NCBI GenBank assembly: GCA_937872895.1
Contig: CALMUP010000005.1
Coordinates: forward strand, 1-64,000
Length of the DNA stretch: 64,000 bases
Direction of reading: 5' to 3'
DNA from: an uncultured Verrucomicrobiota bacterium
GTDB lineage: Bacteria > Verrucomicrobiota > Kiritimatiellia > CAIVKH01
This document shows, piece by piece, positions 18,580 through 30,988 of this stretch (its first letter is position 1; every line of letters begins with the position of its first letter). The translations under genes and the position numbers were made by a program. Under the pieces are notes generated by a model that saw only the letters and a list, made by a program, of their open reading frames with translations, made no database searches and was not told the DNA's origin.

Positions 18580-21500
18580 TCACATTTTGATCGTTTTTTG
18601 TAACCAGTCGCCCTGAAGGATTAACTTACCACCGGACAGAAGCAGATCTATTTGGCTGTCAATAAGCTCCCTAAGCGCAGGCCCAGTAACGCTGAAGCCG
18701 AGAAAACGAGCTACGGCACTGGGTAACTCCTCACGGCGAGCACCATGCCCTGCATCTACAAACACCATAATTGCCTCCTGCACTTCAGGTGGTGGCAGGT
18801 ACTCGGGCTTCCTCAGTGTCGAGGAAGAAGTGCTCACCCGACTTCTGGGCTTAACCGGTGCACCCGGGATACTGAGGAACCCATTACTACGAACGCATCG
18901 CTTTTGGGTTAACAGTGTATGCACGGAATTTCCTACGGCGCTTTGAATTCGCGCTCCAGCCCGACTCAGACCCCACAATCCGCGAATGCGCACGACAACC
19001 TCATCTTCATGAATGGGTCCTTCAATGCTCACAATCCGGTGAACGATATCTCCGAGCTCTCGGGGGGACAGAAGATGGATTTCTTTTTTCGGCACCGCGA
19101 ACTTGGCTTCCTCATAGATAACTGCCGTCAATTCGGATGATCGTTCGTCTTTCGAAATGGCCAACACCTCACGCGAAATACCTGCGTCATCGCTAGCCGA
19201 TACTCTGACCGATACGATGGGCGCAGCGGCTACCTCTTCGCTTTGTGCAATATTTTTAGCTTTTTGAATTGCTGACTGGATTTTCCGGAGCTCATCAGTT
19301 CTACGCTGGAACCAATCCGTGCTCCATACCCGATGAATGATCCATCCATGATTCTCCAGGACCGCTTGCCGAAGCCGATCGCGCTCTCTCGCTGAACGCG
19401 ATGAATGGTATGATGCCCCATCGCATTCGATCCCCAGTATGTATCGGCCATGCAACTCCTGATCAACGACGGCAAGATCGATAAAAAATCCGGCAATACC
19501 GACCTGACTATGAACCTCGTAACCCAACGACTCTACAGCGCGGCGAATGGACTCTTCGAGGGGCGATTGCTCCAGCTTGCCCGAAGGTGCCGCCAACGAC
19601 ATACGACCCGTTCTTGCGAAGGAAAGAAACGCCTTTAATGCTGCCACACCCCGACCAGGTGCGCGCTCAAGATCAATTTGATCCTCGGTTATGCTTGAAA
19701 AGACTTCACATCGCGTTTTGGCGCGCGAGATCAGGACGTTTAAACGTCTTTCCCCACCCTCGGCATTGAGCGCGCCAAACGTCATTGCCATGTACCCGTT
19801 TTCATCAGGGCCATATCCTACCGACAAAAAAATAACATCCCGCTCATCACCCTGAACGTTTTCCAGATTCTTGACAAAAAACGGTTCAGACTCGTGACCA
19901 TAGAAGAAACCTTCGAGGTCTGGGTGCTCGCGACGCAAGAGTTCCAGTTCATCCAGGATGGCCTGACGCTGTTTGATGGAGAATGCGGCAACGCCTAAGC
20001 TCAATTGCGGCGTTTTTCGCGCATGCTCAATTACCGCCTTGGCAACGACCCTCGCCTCAACGCGATTAACGGCAGCACGACCACGCTCAAAGACTCCATC
20101 AGGAACATGGTTGAATTTTAGCCCAAGACCAGCAGCTGCGGAATGTGGACTGGGGACAATAAACAGGCGGTCCTCATAGAATTCATGGTTCGATACGGCA
20201 ATCAGCGTATGATGCCGACTTCGGTAATGCCAGCGAAGCATTTTGGAGGGGATCCCGCGCGCGAGGCAAAGACCGAGAATACTCTCCATGTCGCCAGCTT
20301 GTACAATATCCTGAGGGACCTCCTCGTCCTCTTCTTCAGATCCGTTCGTCATTCGCTGGAAAAACCGGGTTGGCGGAAGCTGTTTGCTATCACCCACGAC
20401 AACAATCTGTTTGCTTCTCGCAACTGCGCCCAGCGCATCAACGGGTTGAACCTGACTCGCCTCGTCAATAACCAGTAAGTCAAACTCGACAGCACCCGCC
20501 TCAAGAAATTGCGCGACGGATAGAGGACTCATCATAAACACGGGTTTAATGGCCTGAATGACTGAACCGCAGTCTTTCAGCAAACGCCTAACCGGGCGAT
20601 GCCCGCGCTGACGCTCCATTTCACCGCGAAGGATTCCCGAGGGCCCCACCCCAACGAACGCTGGCATCTTGCTGAAATGAGCATGCAAGACCCGGTACTT
20701 GGCAAGCGTCAGTCGCGCTTTATCCATTTCCTTGAAGTCGTTTACATGTGTGTTGTGCAAGGCGCCATCAAACCGCGCAATGTTCGGCTTATCCTTGACG
20801 ATTCGCCGAAAGATTTCGGCATAATAGGCATGGTCGAAAACCGCACCGGCAACTTTTGGCGTAAGCCGGCCGGAGTCGAGCTCCGTAACGATGGGTGAAA
20901 GCCCGTTTTCAAGCGCGTCTCGGCGTAGCAAGTAGTATGAATTCCATTCAGAAAGCGAATCAAGCCTGATGAGCCACGTAGCGCCACGATCGCGCAACAT
21001 ACTCAGGGGCACATCTTCCTGCTGAATAACATTAAACGACTCCTGCCAATCAAGCCTTAACTCGGCCTCCACAACCGATCGAGCCGCGCAAAATGCTGCA
21101 GCCTTGGCGCGTACAGAGTCAACTGTGGATCGCAACGCTTCAGGACGCTCCTGGACTACCGCAAACACCTCGCGGAAATCAGCGTCCAGTCCGACCGCCT
21201 GCTGTTCATCCACCCACTGAATGATTGCATGAAGCTTTTCACAATCCGAGTCCGCTCCCTGCCAGTTCGACCCGAACACGGCACGTCCATATTCCTCGTT
21301 CGCGGTGATTTCCTTGAGGATGCGCTGCCCCTCGATGATTTGATCAACTCGCCCGAGAAGATTCCTGGGCAGCTTTGTGGATGGATTTTTCAGCGCACCA
21401 CGCAAGGTGGCCACCGAACGTCGATAACTCCCATTCAGGAATCGGAAAAATGAAGTGCCGTGAGATGCAACCGGACCCCGAACATCAGAGAAGTCTTTTT

Positions 21501-23361
21501 GCCAAGCATCATCCACAACAAGCGGTTCCACATTGCGAAGTTCTTTATAGCGCTGAAGGCTCGCCACCAACTTTATGATTTTGTCGCCGTCGGTATCCCA
21601 TGCCGGGTTCTTGATTGCGCTTCGATCAAGGTATTCCGGGGCTTTCGCCATAAACTCCGCAATTACACAGTATGACTCCACTTCCGTCGTTGAATCGGGA
21701 ACATCCTGCTTAATCATGGAAGCTAGTCGGCCGGCCTCAGCCAGAAGGGTTTGCAGGTGCTCGTTCATCCTCGCGATTACGTCGCGAATGCCGGTTAGAT
21801 CTATCTGCAGCACGGTTTCTCGACGGACGCCACGCCATAGGTGCTGGCACGGGGGGCCGATATGCTCTATTCGACTGACGACCTGCTGGAGCAACGATCG
21901 GCGCAGAGCGGCCACATCGGCGTTCCATTCGGGAGCATCGGGAAGCGACAATCGTGAATATTCAGAAGGAACATCCGGGAGTGCGGACAGGGCTCCCATC
22001 GCGCGAAAGGCCGATACATTGGTGTTTCCGTACGGTTCGTGCAGAGTGTTGCTATGCATCGACAACACACTACGCAGGCGCTCGAGTTTAGGTAGAATTG
22101 ACTCCAGTTTCGCCATGTCGGGACGGGTTAACTGCCAGGTCCGCCCGATTTCGTTAATCACCGCTCGCTTGCTGGTCTTGTTGCTGTGCAGCTCAAGGCA
22201 AAGATCGCCAAGCCCTTCTCGCTCCATACGTCGCTTAACGACCTCAAGTGCGGCCAGTTTTTCGGCTACAAAAAGCACTTTCTTTCCATCCATCACCGCC
22301 GTCGTGATGATATTGGTAATCGACTGACTCTTCCCTGTCCCGGGCGGCCCCTGAATAACCAGCAGTTGATTTTTGCGAACGGTCTCGATGGCAATGGCTT
22401 GCGAACTGTCGGCATCGACGACGTGGTCTAATCGGTCCACAGAAATCAGTTCATCAAGATTGGCATTGTCGGGAATCGGATCGCCCTTTACGGCAAATCC
22501 ATCCTGCAAAAGCCCTGTAATCAGTGGGTGACCATGAATCTTCTTTTCACCCGGCCAGCTCTCTGGATTCAGGTCACGGTACATCAGGAATTTCGCGAAG
22601 GAGAAAAAGCCGAGCGTAATGGCGTCCGGAAGGACTTCCCATCGTTTGGCCGACTCAACCACCCGCGCCACCGATGCGAAATACTCGGCAGGCACAAGTG
22701 ACTCCTCGTCTGGAAAGGATGGCAGGGTAATTCCGAATTCGGCCAACAGTTTTTCGGAAAGCGAGTAATTCTGGAGAATTTCCTCTTCCCTCCAGCGCAA
22801 GATCAAGCGATCCGACACCGTCCGACGACTTAACTCGACCGGGACCAGAATCAAAGGAGCAAAGCGCTCTATATCCGAAGATTCACTCTCGAACCACTTC
22901 AGTTGCCCCAGGGCCAGGTACAAGACATTAACGCCTTGTTCTTCGATCATCGCCTCTGAGTCACGGTACAAGTCGATCAATCGGCGCTGTAACCCCTCGG
23001 GCGAGAGTGCGGTCTGCAGCCGTAGATCAATATGCCGCTTGGCCGTGCCATTTGATTCAATCTCATCCTCGTTCGGAATCGGCACACCAATTTCGTCATC
23101 GGCACCCTCCTCGCCCTCTTTATCCTGACCATCCTGCTCTTTCTGCTTGCCGGGGAGAAAACTCAGCGCCTTTTTCTCGGTCACGAGCAGGCGATACACC
23201 TCGGAGGCCTGTTCGTCATAAACATTGACAAATCGGCCTGTTTTTAGCGGGATCGACAGCAACCTGTTGCGGCAGGACAAGTCGAGCAATAACCGGCGCG
23301 CCTGATTAAGGATTTCCAGCGATTTAGATCCCATAGCTGGCAAACTTAATGCAGCGTACAC
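18580..23361 (-). CDS. DUF4011 / SF1 helicase (AAA_11 + AAA_12) / Vsr-DUF559-like endonuclease / DUF3320 protein (Hhe-like architecture)
   Basis: N-terminal DUF4011 signature (..[15 protein letters not shown]..); Walker A '[11 protein letters not shown]'; helicase C-terminal '[16 protein letters not shown]'; Vsr/DUF559-like nuclease core '..FFIDLAVVD....[43 protein letters not shown]'; DUF3320-like C-terminus. Start may be ATG at 23334 rather than GTG at 23361. Confidence 0.85.
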   Translation of the reverse strand: MYAALSLPAMGSKSLEILNQARRLLLDLSCRNRLLSIPLKTGRFVNVYDEQASEVYRLLVTEKKALSFLPGKQKEQDGQDKEGEEGADDEIGVPIPNEDEIESNGTAKRHIDLRLQTALSPEGLQRRLIDLYRDSEAMIEEQGVNVLYLALGQLKWFESESSDIERFAPLILVPVELSRRTVSDRLILRWREEEILQNYSLSEKLLAEFGITLPSFPDEESLVPAEYFASVARVVESAKRWEVLPDAITLGFFSFAKFLMYRDLNPESWPGEKKIHGHPLITGLLQDGFAVKGDPIPDNANLDELISVDRLDHVVDADSSQAIAIETVRKNQLLVIQGPPGTGKSQSITNIITTAVMDGKKVLFVAEKLAALEVVKRRMEREGLGDLCLELHSNKTSKRAVINEIGRTWQLTRPDMAKLESILPKLERLRSVLSMHSNTLHEPYGNTNVSAFRAMGALSALPDVPSEYSRLSLPDAPEWNADVAALRRSLLQQVVSRIEHIGPPCQHLWRGVRRETVLQIDLTGIRDVIARMNEHLQTLLAEAGRLASMIKQDVPDSTTEVESYCVIAEFMAKAPEYLDRSAIKNPAWDTDGDKIIKLVASLQRYKELRNVEPLVVDDAWQKDFSDVRGPVASHGTSFFRFLNGSYRRSVATLRGALKNPSTKLPRNLLGRVDQIIEGQRILKEITANEEYGRAVFGSNWQGADSDCEKLHAIIQWVDEQQAVGLDADFREVFAVVQERPEALRSTVDSVRAKAAAFCAARSVVEAELRLDWQESFNVIQQEDVPLSMLRDRGATWLIRLDSLSEWNSYYLLRRDALENGLSPIVTELDSGRLTPKVAGAVFDHAYYAEIFRRIVKDKPNIARFDGALHNTHVNDFKEMDKARLTLAKYRVLHAHFSKMPAFVGVGPSGILRGEMERQRGHRPVRRLLKDCGSVIQAIKPVFMMSPLSVAQFLEAGAVEFDLLVIDEASQVQPVDALGAVARSKQIVVVGDSKQLPPTRFFQRMTNGSEEEDEEVPQDIVQAGDMESILGLCLARGIPSKMLRWHYRSRHHTLIAVSNHEFYEDRLFIVPSPHSAAAGLGLKFNHVPDGVFERGRAAVNRVEARVVAKAVIEHARKTPQLSLGVAAFSIKQRQAILDELELLRREHPDLEGFFYGHESEPFFVKNLENVQGDERDVIFLSVGYGPDENGYMAMTFGALNAEGGERRLNVLISRAKTRCEVFSSITEDQIDLERAPGRGVAALKAFLSFARTGRMSLAAPSGKLEQSPLEESIRRAVESLGYEVHSQVGIAGFFIDLAVVDQELHGRYILGIECDGASYHSSRSARERDRLRQAVLENHGWIIHRVWSTDWFQRRTDELRKIQSAIQKAKNIAQSEEVAAAPIVSVRVSASDDAGISREVLAISKDERSSELTAVIYEEAKFAVPKKEIHLLSPRELGDIVHRIVSIEGPIHEDEVVVRIRGLWGLSRAGARIQSAVGNSVHTLLTQKRCVRSNGFLSIPGAPVKPRSRVSTSSSTLRKPEYLPPPEVQEAIMVFVDAGHGARREELPSAVARFLGFSVTGPALRELIDSQIDLLLSGGKLILQGDWLQKTIKM

Positions 23362-23608
23362 ACCCCGCGCAACACTAGTCTTCTGGAGCGCAAGTGGCCA
23401 ACCTATAGATAAGACATCTCACACCGCGTGCGTTTGCAGTACAGGCAAGAAAACATAGAATAAAATGGATCCATGAAGGAGGAATCCTAAAAGTCTGACC
23501 TGCCTAGAAGTCGGTAGATCCTCACGTCTCGCAGAACTCATTTCGACGTTTTCACCCGCGCTTCAATACTCTAGTTATTGAAACCTTGTGGCCAGTCCCT
23601 GCGCTGCC

Positions 23609-24265
23609 CTAACTTCGACATATCACCAAATCTACGGGCACAACTCCTTCTATCGTTTTGATGAAATTGTCAACACGAGCATCGATGATAACGATGTCTT
23701 CTTTAATCCAGCCGAAATAGGATTTCTGTTGTTTCGTGAATCCAACATTCTGCATGAAGTCATCAATTTCGTTGTCGCTTGGGTGAGGAGATTTCTGGTC
23801 CATAGCAGTCCACCAAGGCTGTGAAATTACGAAACTCGGCTGATGACCATTTGCGGTAATCAAAAGCGATTTTCGCATTAGCAATCCTTCCAGACGTATA
23901 TCGGAGCGGAAAATCTCGTTCATCAACTGGATTCGCTGAAGATAAAATAATGGCGTCGCAGCCTTTTGAACGCCTTTCGGTTCTGGTGTTACGCCGAAAC
24001 ATCCGGCATAGGTTATTTTGAGAGCACGATTATCTGAAGTGCGATGAAACACCTCATGTTCGGCGGTAGCGATACCGTATTTTTTAAGTCCCTCGCAACA
24101 TCCCAAGGAGAGTACCGCGTTTTCAGCGGTTGCCCATTTGATTATACAATCGCTTTGTCGGTCAATTTCTTGCGAATCGCAATTGATGCCGACATTTGTA
24201 TATCCACTTGTTCGGAGGTAGGTGGCGGCTGATGCCGCAAGGCATCCATTTGTTGAATTAACCAT
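23609..24265 (-). CDS. Hypothetical protein (island cargo, 218 aa)
   Basis: Coherent ORF in the low-GC island; no recognisable domain. An in-frame stop lies 3 codons upstream of its ATG, so it cannot be a simple frameshift continuation of the upstream ORF; overlaps that ORF by 124 nt. Confidence 0.45.
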   Translation of the reverse strand: MVNSTNGCLAASAATYLRTSGYTNVGINCDSQEIDRQSDCIIKWATAENAVLSLGCCEGLKKYGIATAEHEVFHRTSDNRALKITYAGCFGVTPEPKGVQKAATPLFYLQRIQLMNEIFRSDIRLEGLLMRKSLLITANGHQPSFVISQPWWTAMDQKSPHPSDNEIDDFMQNVGFTKQQKSYFGWIKEDIVIIDARVDNFIKTIEGVVPVDLVICRS

Positions 24266-24897
24266 GATGGAGCACTAGGTTTTTGAGCGGGATCAAGATG
24301 AGTAACCTCCGCCTTGTTCCAAAATTCTTCAAACCGGGCCTCCAAGTCTCGTCCCATTTGGGGCTCATTGAAAAAAACCTCGGCTTTGATCGTGTCCGCC
24401 GGGCTATCCGGTGCCAATTCACCGTGCAGCTTCTCTAGACGGACTATTTTGGAGTCGCACACAATGAAATGTTGCAGCTTTTCCTTTGCCTTTAGCCGTG
24501 CAAGGGTGAACGTGCCTGCGAATTCATGCGCAAGTGCCACTAACCATTCAGGATAATCCGGCGCAATTACAATCATGCGGGCTGTACCGCTTGCTTTTTG
24601 TACGCGTTGCAATGCATCCGTCAGATGCCTCAACAAAGCAGCGTAAAAGCCACCGCAACCGCATCCAGTAACAATATTTATGCTTTTGTGCGTGTGAAAA
24701 AGCATCGTCTCTGTGTATTCCAGAGCGTCAGGATAACAATCGTTTTCCAACTTAATGGTCTCACCCTTCTCGAGGACAGCACCGACAATATCTTTCAAGC
24801 AGTGAGACGGATTGGCAGCTTTCGCCTTATAATTTGAAATCGCCTGCGCGATTGTCATGCTTCCCGCTTCATTTCTTTGTTGCTGGCTCATCATCAA
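24142..24897 (-). CDS. Hypothetical protein (island cargo, 251 aa)
   Basis: Coherent ORF in the low-GC island; Gly/Cys-rich segment IVTGCGCGGFYAALL; no recognisable domain. Confidence 0.5.
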   Translation of the reverse strand: MMMSQQQRNEAGSMTIAQAISNYKAKAANPSHCLKDIVGAVLEKGETIKLENDCYPDALEYTETMLFHTHKSINIVTGCGCGGFYAALLRHLTDALQRVQKASGTARMIVIAPDYPEWLVALAHEFAGTFTLARLKAKEKLQHFIVCDSKIVRLEKLHGELAPDSPADTIKAEVFFNEPQMGRDLEARFEEFWNKAEVTHLDPAQKPSAPSWLIQQMDALRHQPPPTSEQVDIQMSASIAIRKKLTDKAIV

Positions 24898-25751
24898 CCC
24901 TTTTCACTCAAAAAAGAGACGCGCTTGGTATCAAAAATGCTCAAAAAGGCAGTACAAAAACGACTATGCTTCAGCGCAAGAATGGGGTAAGCACAAAATC
25001 TCGTGTACAACCCTATGGAATGCATTCGTGTACCAGTAATTGGCCATGGTATTTCCCATCGATACACTTATAGACTAAACACATTTACATACTAATCGAG
25101 CATAGCGCAGAGTAAAGGGAAAATGGGCTACCATTGCTCAAAATTACTCTGACGAGTGGCTTGGATTCTTTACCTCGCTTCACAAAGTTGACAACAAAGC
25201 CCCAAAAAGTAATACATAATTCACACGTATTCAAATACTTGCAACAAGAATGCCCCCTCGACAACTCAAGGCTACCGCGTTGAGTATCCGCCTACTGGAG
25301 CAAGAGCACCCACGCAACATGATAGCCTAGTTCTGACAGTGTTTACTTCGCTGCGGCAAGTATGGGCAAATCCTTCACGTTCGCCTTGATGACCAGCCGC
25401 ATCAAGCAGGCGGCTAAAAGATTCTTCACCTTACCGGACGTCCACTATTGGGCCTTGACCGACGACATCGCGACGATCCTCTCTTGGCTTTCCCAATGGA
25501 AGCACCCGCCCCCGCCCAATCAAGAAAGAAGATCCATTCAACGCAAAATGGCATGGCGTTTCAATTACCCCGAAACGGGATTGTCTCACCTGTAACATTC
25601 TGACTTGCAATCAAATGCGACTTTCCGGCATTCGTTGTGACTGTATCGACATAAACACGCTCACCAAACAAACTTCAGGGTTCGCGCCCACTATGAATCC
25701 AAAGCTGGATCGTTGCATCTCTCGACTATTTCCAATAAACCATCTTCCAAG

Positions 25752-25800
25752 TCTTGTAAAACAAACCGGCCGGCTTTCCAAGGTCTGGAAAACCGGCCGG
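25752..25800 (-). terminator. groEL rho-independent terminator
   Basis: Minus strand: CCGGCCGGtTTTCCAgaccTTGGAAAgCCGGCCGG followed by TTTGTTTT; 28 nt after the groEL stop. Confidence 0.8.
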
Positions 25801-25827
25801 TGAATCAGAACGCGTTCGCGTCAGATC

Positions 25828-27456
<1,629 letters not shown>

Positions 27457-27544
27457 GTTTCTATACTCCTGTTAGTGATGATGACATTGCTGCGTGCGCG
27501 GCTCACCCGGAGGGTTCGCCCGGCATTCAGCATGATCGAATGGG

Positions 27545-27832
27545 TTAGTCGAGGATCCCGAGGATGTCTTCCTCGCGCACGATCTGGTAATCCTTGCCGT
27601 CGAACTTGACTTCGGTGCCGCCGTACTTCGGCATCAGGACCTTGTCGCCCTTCTTGACGTTGAAGGGGATCTTGTTGCCCTTCTCGTCCAGCTTGCCGGT
27701 GCCGACCGCGATCACGGTGCCCTGCTGGGGCTTTTCCTTGGCGGTATCGGGAATGATGATGCCGCCCTTGTTGACTTCCGACTCCTTGAGGGGCTCGACC
27801 AGAACGCGGTCGCCCAACGGTTGTATCTTCAT
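27545..27832 (-). CDS. groES: Co-chaperonin GroES (Hsp10)
   Basis: [14 protein letters not shown]... 95 aa; AAGGAG RBS; the ORF-track N-terminal extension is spurious. Confidence 0.95.
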   Translation of the reverse strand: MKIQPLGDRVLVEPLKESEVNKGGIIIPDTAKEKPQQGTVIAVGTGKLDEKGNKIPFNVKKGDKVLMPKYGGTEVKFDGKDYQIVREEDILGILD

Positions 27833-27916
27833 GTGCTGCGTACTCCTTCTTTCGTTTGGATGATGTGCCATGAACCCGCATCCCGGCGGCACCCGCCGCC
27901 GGGTTGCGGAAATCGG

Positions 27917-29860
27917 TTACTTGTTCTTCTTGTCGTCGTCGACCATCTCGAAGTCGGCGTCGATGACGGTGTCGTCCTTGCCCTTGGCTCCGCCCGCGGC
28001 GTTGCCGCCCGGGGCGCCGGCGGAGGGACCGCCGGGTTGCGGACCCGCGCCCGGGGGCGGGGTCTGCTTGCTGTAGAGCTCGGTGCCGGCGGCCTGCAGG
28101 GCGGTGGTCAGGGCCTCGAGGTCGGCCTTGATCGCGTCCGGGTTGTCGGTCTTGATCGTTTCCTTGAGCTTGGCGGCGGCGGCTTCGATCTTGCCCTTGT
28201 GCTCGGCGGAGATCTTGTCGCCGTTGTCCTTGAGGAACTTCTCGGCCTCGTAGCCCATGGCGTCGGCGCGGTTGCGGGACTCGACGGCGTCGCGCTTCTT
28301 CTGGTCGTCGCTGGCGTGGGCCTCGGCGTCCTTGACCATCTTCTTGATCTCGTCCTCGGAGAGGCCGCTGTTGGCGGTGATGGTGATCTTCTGCTCCTTG
28401 CCGGTGCCGAGGTCCTTGGCGCTGACGTGGAGGATGCCGTTGGCGTCGATGTCGAAGGTGACCTCGATCTGCGGCACGCCGCGCGGGGCCGGGGCGATGC
28501 CGGCGAGGCTGAAGCGGCCGATGGTCTTGTTGTCGGTGGACATCTTGCGCTCGCCCTGCAGGACATGGATCTCGACCTGCGGCTGGTTGTCGGCGGCGGT
28601 GGAGAAGATCTCGCTCTTCTTGGTCGGGATCGTGGTGTTGCGCTCGATAAGCGGGGTGAAGATGCCGCCGAGGGTCTCGATGCCGAGGGTCAGCGGGGTG
28701 ACGTCGAGCAGGAGCACGTCCTTCACCTCGCCCTTGAGCACGCCGCCCTGGATGCCGGCGCCGACCGCGACGACTTCGTCGGGGTTCACGCCCTTGTGCG
28801 GCTCCTTGCCGAAGAACTTCTTCACGACTTCCTGCACCTTGGGCATGCGGGTCATGCCGCCGACGAGGATGACCTCGTCGATCTGCGCGGCGGTCAGGCC
28901 GGCATCGCGCAGGCAGTTCTCGACCGGGCGCAGCGAACGCTGGATCAGCTCATCGACGAGCTGCTCGAGCTTGGCGCGCGACAGGGTGACGGTGAGGTGT
29001 TTCGGGCCGCTGGCGTCGGCGGTGATGAAGGGCAGGTTGATCTCGGTCTGCTGCGAGCTGGACAGTTCGCACTTCGCCTTCTCGGCCGCTTCCTTCAGGC
29101 GCTGCAGGGCCATCGGGTCCTTGGAGAGGTCGATGCCGTTCTCCTTCTTGAACTCGGAGATCAGCCACTCGATGATGCGCTCGTCGAAGTCGTCGCCGCC
29201 GAGGTGGGTGTCGCCGTTGGTGGCCTTGACCTCGAACACGCCGTCGCCGATCTCGAGCACGGAGATGTCGAAGGTGCCACCACCGAGGTCGTACACCGCG
29301 ATCTTCTCCTCCTTCTTCTTGTCGAGGCCGTAGGCGAGCGAGGAGGCGGTCGGCTCGTTGATGATGCGGAGCACCTCGAGGCCGGCGATGCGGCCGGCAT
29401 CCTTGGTGGCCTGGCGCTGGCTGTCGTTGAAGTAGGCCGGCACGGTGATGATCGCCTGGGTGATCGTCTCGCCGAGGTAGGCCTCGGCGTCCTGCTTCAG
29501 CTTCTGCAGGATCATCGCGGAAATCTCCGGCGGTGAATAGACCTTGTCGGCGATCTGCACGTGGGCGTCGCCGTTCGGGGCCTTCACCACTTCGTAGGGG
29601 ACGCGCTTCTTCTCGTCGCTGATCTCGTCGAACTTCCGACCCATGAAACGCTTCACGGAGAAGATCGTGTTCTTCGGGTTGGTCACCGCCTGGCGTTTCG
29701 CCGCCTGGCCGACCAGCCGCTCGCCACTCTTCGAAATCGCCACGATCGACGGCGTGGTGCGACCGCCCTCGGCGTTCGGAATCACCACCGGCTCGCCACC
29801 CTCCATGATCGCCATGCAGGAGTTCGTCGTACCCAAATCAATACCCAAAACCTTTGACAT
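27917..29860 (-). CDS. dnaK: Molecular chaperone DnaK (Hsp70)
   Basis: [22 protein letters not shown]...; full-length Hsp70. Confidence 0.97.
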   Translation of the reverse strand: MSKVLGIDLGTTNSCMAIMEGGEPVVIPNAEGGRTTPSIVAISKSGERLVGQAAKRQAVTNPKNTIFSVKRFMGRKFDEISDEKKRVPYEVVKAPNGDAHVQIADKVYSPPEISAMILQKLKQDAEAYLGETITQAIITVPAYFNDSQRQATKDAGRIAGLEVLRIINEPTASSLAYGLDKKKEEKIAVYDLGGGTFDISVLEIGDGVFEVKATNGDTHLGGDDFDERIIEWLISEFKKENGIDLSKDPMALQRLKEAAEKAKCELSSSQQTEINLPFITADASGPKHLTVTLSRAKLEQLVDELIQRSLRPVENCLRDAGLTAAQIDEVILVGGMTRMPKVQEVVKKFFGKEPHKGVNPDEVVAVGAGIQGGVLKGEVKDVLLLDVTPLTLGIETLGGIFTPLIERNTTIPTKKSEIFSTAADNQPQVEIHVLQGERKMSTDNKTIGRFSLAGIAPAPRGVPQIEVTFDIDANGILHVSAKDLGTGKEQKITITANSGLSEDEIKKMVKDAEAHASDDQKKRDAVESRNRADAMGYEAEKFLKDNGDKISAEHKGKIEAAAAKLKETIKTDNPDAIKADLEALTTALQAAGTELYSKQTPPPGAGPQPGGPSAGAPGGNAAGGAKGKDDTVIDADFEMVDDDKKNK

Positions 29861-29953
29861 ATCCGTGTCCTCTCGTTGAATGCTCGCGCCTCACGCGCAC
29901 AACCGTACATAGCAGCGAGCGTGCCAAGAGGAGGGAGGGATGAGCGATGAGAG

Positions 29954-29982
29954 ATGGTTAATGGTTGATGATGAATGGGTTA
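29954..29982. repeat. Heptamer (ATGGTTR) tandem repeat block, plus-strand orientation
   Basis: atggtta atggttg atgatga atgggtt; in the dnaK upstream region. Confidence 0.6.
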
Positions 29983-30084
29983 AGAAATATAAACCATAAT
30001 GGCGTGCCGGCTCCGCCACCCGCGATATGAGTCACTTTGTCTCATACGAGACGGATCTGGCACACCCGCGTGTCCCAGTCACCC

Positions 30085-30170
30085 CAACCCACCATCAACC
30101 ATCAACCATTAACCATCGCCCATTCCCATCCCCCATTCCCATCAACCATAAACCATCAACCATTCTTCAT
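30085..30170. repeat. Heptamer tandem repeat array (about 11-12 units of CAACCAT, i.e. ATGGTTG on the dnaK strand), inverted relative to the 29954 block
   Basis: caccatcaaccatcaaccattaaccatcgcccattcccatcccccattcccatcaaccataaaccatcaaccatt. Confidence 0.7.
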
Positions 30171-30514
30171 CATTCCTCCCTTGCGGGAGAAGACGAGGAT
30201 GATGCCGATCAGGGTGGCGAGCGGGATGGGTCCGCGGATCGGGGTGAAGACGTAGGCACCGCAGGCGAAGCAGATCAGGACGGTGATGGCGGGGGGCACG
30301 CGGTTGTAGACGCAGCCCCAGATGCCGATGGCGACGCCGAGGATGAAGCCGGGGATGCCGAAGACGATCATGTTGGCGACATCGAGCAGGAAGCCGACGA
30401 GGATCGGGTTGACCCCCCACGGGGCCTGGGCCTCGGCCGCCTTGGCGCCGGTGGTGTTTCCGCGCGGGGGGAGGACTTCGGGTTCGACGACGGTGGATTC
30501 GTTATGAAGGTTCA
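30156..30514 (-). CDS. Small membrane protein (hypothetical, ~119 aa)
   Basis: GTG start with GGAGGA RBS, overlapping the upstream gene's TGA (ccGTGAacc); two predicted TM helices (ILVGFLLDVANMIVFGIPGFILGVAIGIWG / ITVLICFACGAYVF). Confidence 0.5.
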
Positions 30515-30988
30515 CGGCTGGTCCTCCGTTGGGGCGGGACTTGGTTCCTTGGACAAACGCAGGAGCTGATCGAGATGGTCCACGTAGGCCTGGGGTCCGC
30601 CGGCACGGTAGCCGCCGGTACGGGCCAACGTTTTTCCCTCCGGCGTGGTCAGGAGGATCGTCGGGAAGCCCGGCACCTCGAAACGCTGCTTGAGGGCGCG
30701 GTTCTGGGCGGCCAGGGCCTCCGGGAGCGGGGTGCGGCGGGGGGAGTCGATGAGCACACAGACGAAGCGCTGGGTGGCAAAGGTGATAAAGGCCGGCGTG
30801 GAGAATACCTCGTTGTTCAACCGGATACACCAGCCGCACCAGTCCGATCCGGAAAAGTTGAGCAGCATCGGCTTGTCTTCGCGGCGGGCGCGTTCCTGCG
30901 CGGCGGCGAAGTCGGTGAGCCAGACATCGCCGCGACTGGCCGTGGCGAAAACCAGCAGGACGATCAGGAACAAGGCCGGGCGCTTCAT
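30512..30988 (-). CDS. Secreted thioredoxin-fold protein (CGWC motif; DUF255/thioredoxin-like)
   Basis: Signal peptide MKRPALFLIVLLVFATASRG; 'LLNFSGSDWCGWCIRL' thioredoxin-like motif. Confidence 0.7.
   Translation of the reverse strand: MKRPALFLIVLLVFATASRGDVWLTDFAAAQERARREDKPMLLNFSGSDWCGWCIRLNNEVFSTPAFITFATQRFVCVLIDSPRRTPLPEALAAQNRALKQRFEVPGFPTILLTTPEGKTLARTGGYRAGGPQAYVDHLDQLLRLSKEPSPAPTEDQP

Larger units (their letters stand above)
18551..25762. mobile_element. Low-GC genomic island inserted at the groEL 3' end (defence-gene cargo, no integrase detected)
   Basis: Bounded by perfect 160-bp direct repeats; visibly AT-richer than flanks (e.g. 24900-25400); contains the helicase-nuclease gene, two unknown ORFs and ~870 bp of non-coding AT-rich DNA. 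Confidence 0.65.

Noticed and set aside
24142-24265. Simple frameshift joining ORF A and ORF B into one gene
   Set aside because: A TAG lies 3 codons upstream of ORF B's ATG in B's frame, so a single +1/-1 slip within the overlap cannot fuse them. Kept as two ORFs with an unresolved overlap.
27833-27916. CIRCE/HrcA operator or intrinsic terminator between dnaK and groES
   Set aside because: No TTAGCACTC...GAGTGCTAA. The GC palindrome cccggcggcacccgccgccggg lacks a following U-tract, so not called as a terminator.
29954-30170. Possible CRISPR array
   Set aside because: Repeats are 7-nt, contiguous microsatellite-like units with no spacers; not CRISPR.
30027-30569. ORF with His/Pro/Thr/Asn-rich translation through the heptamer repeats
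   Set aside because: Product of translating the (CAACCAT)n array; overlaps the small membrane protein gene on the other strand.
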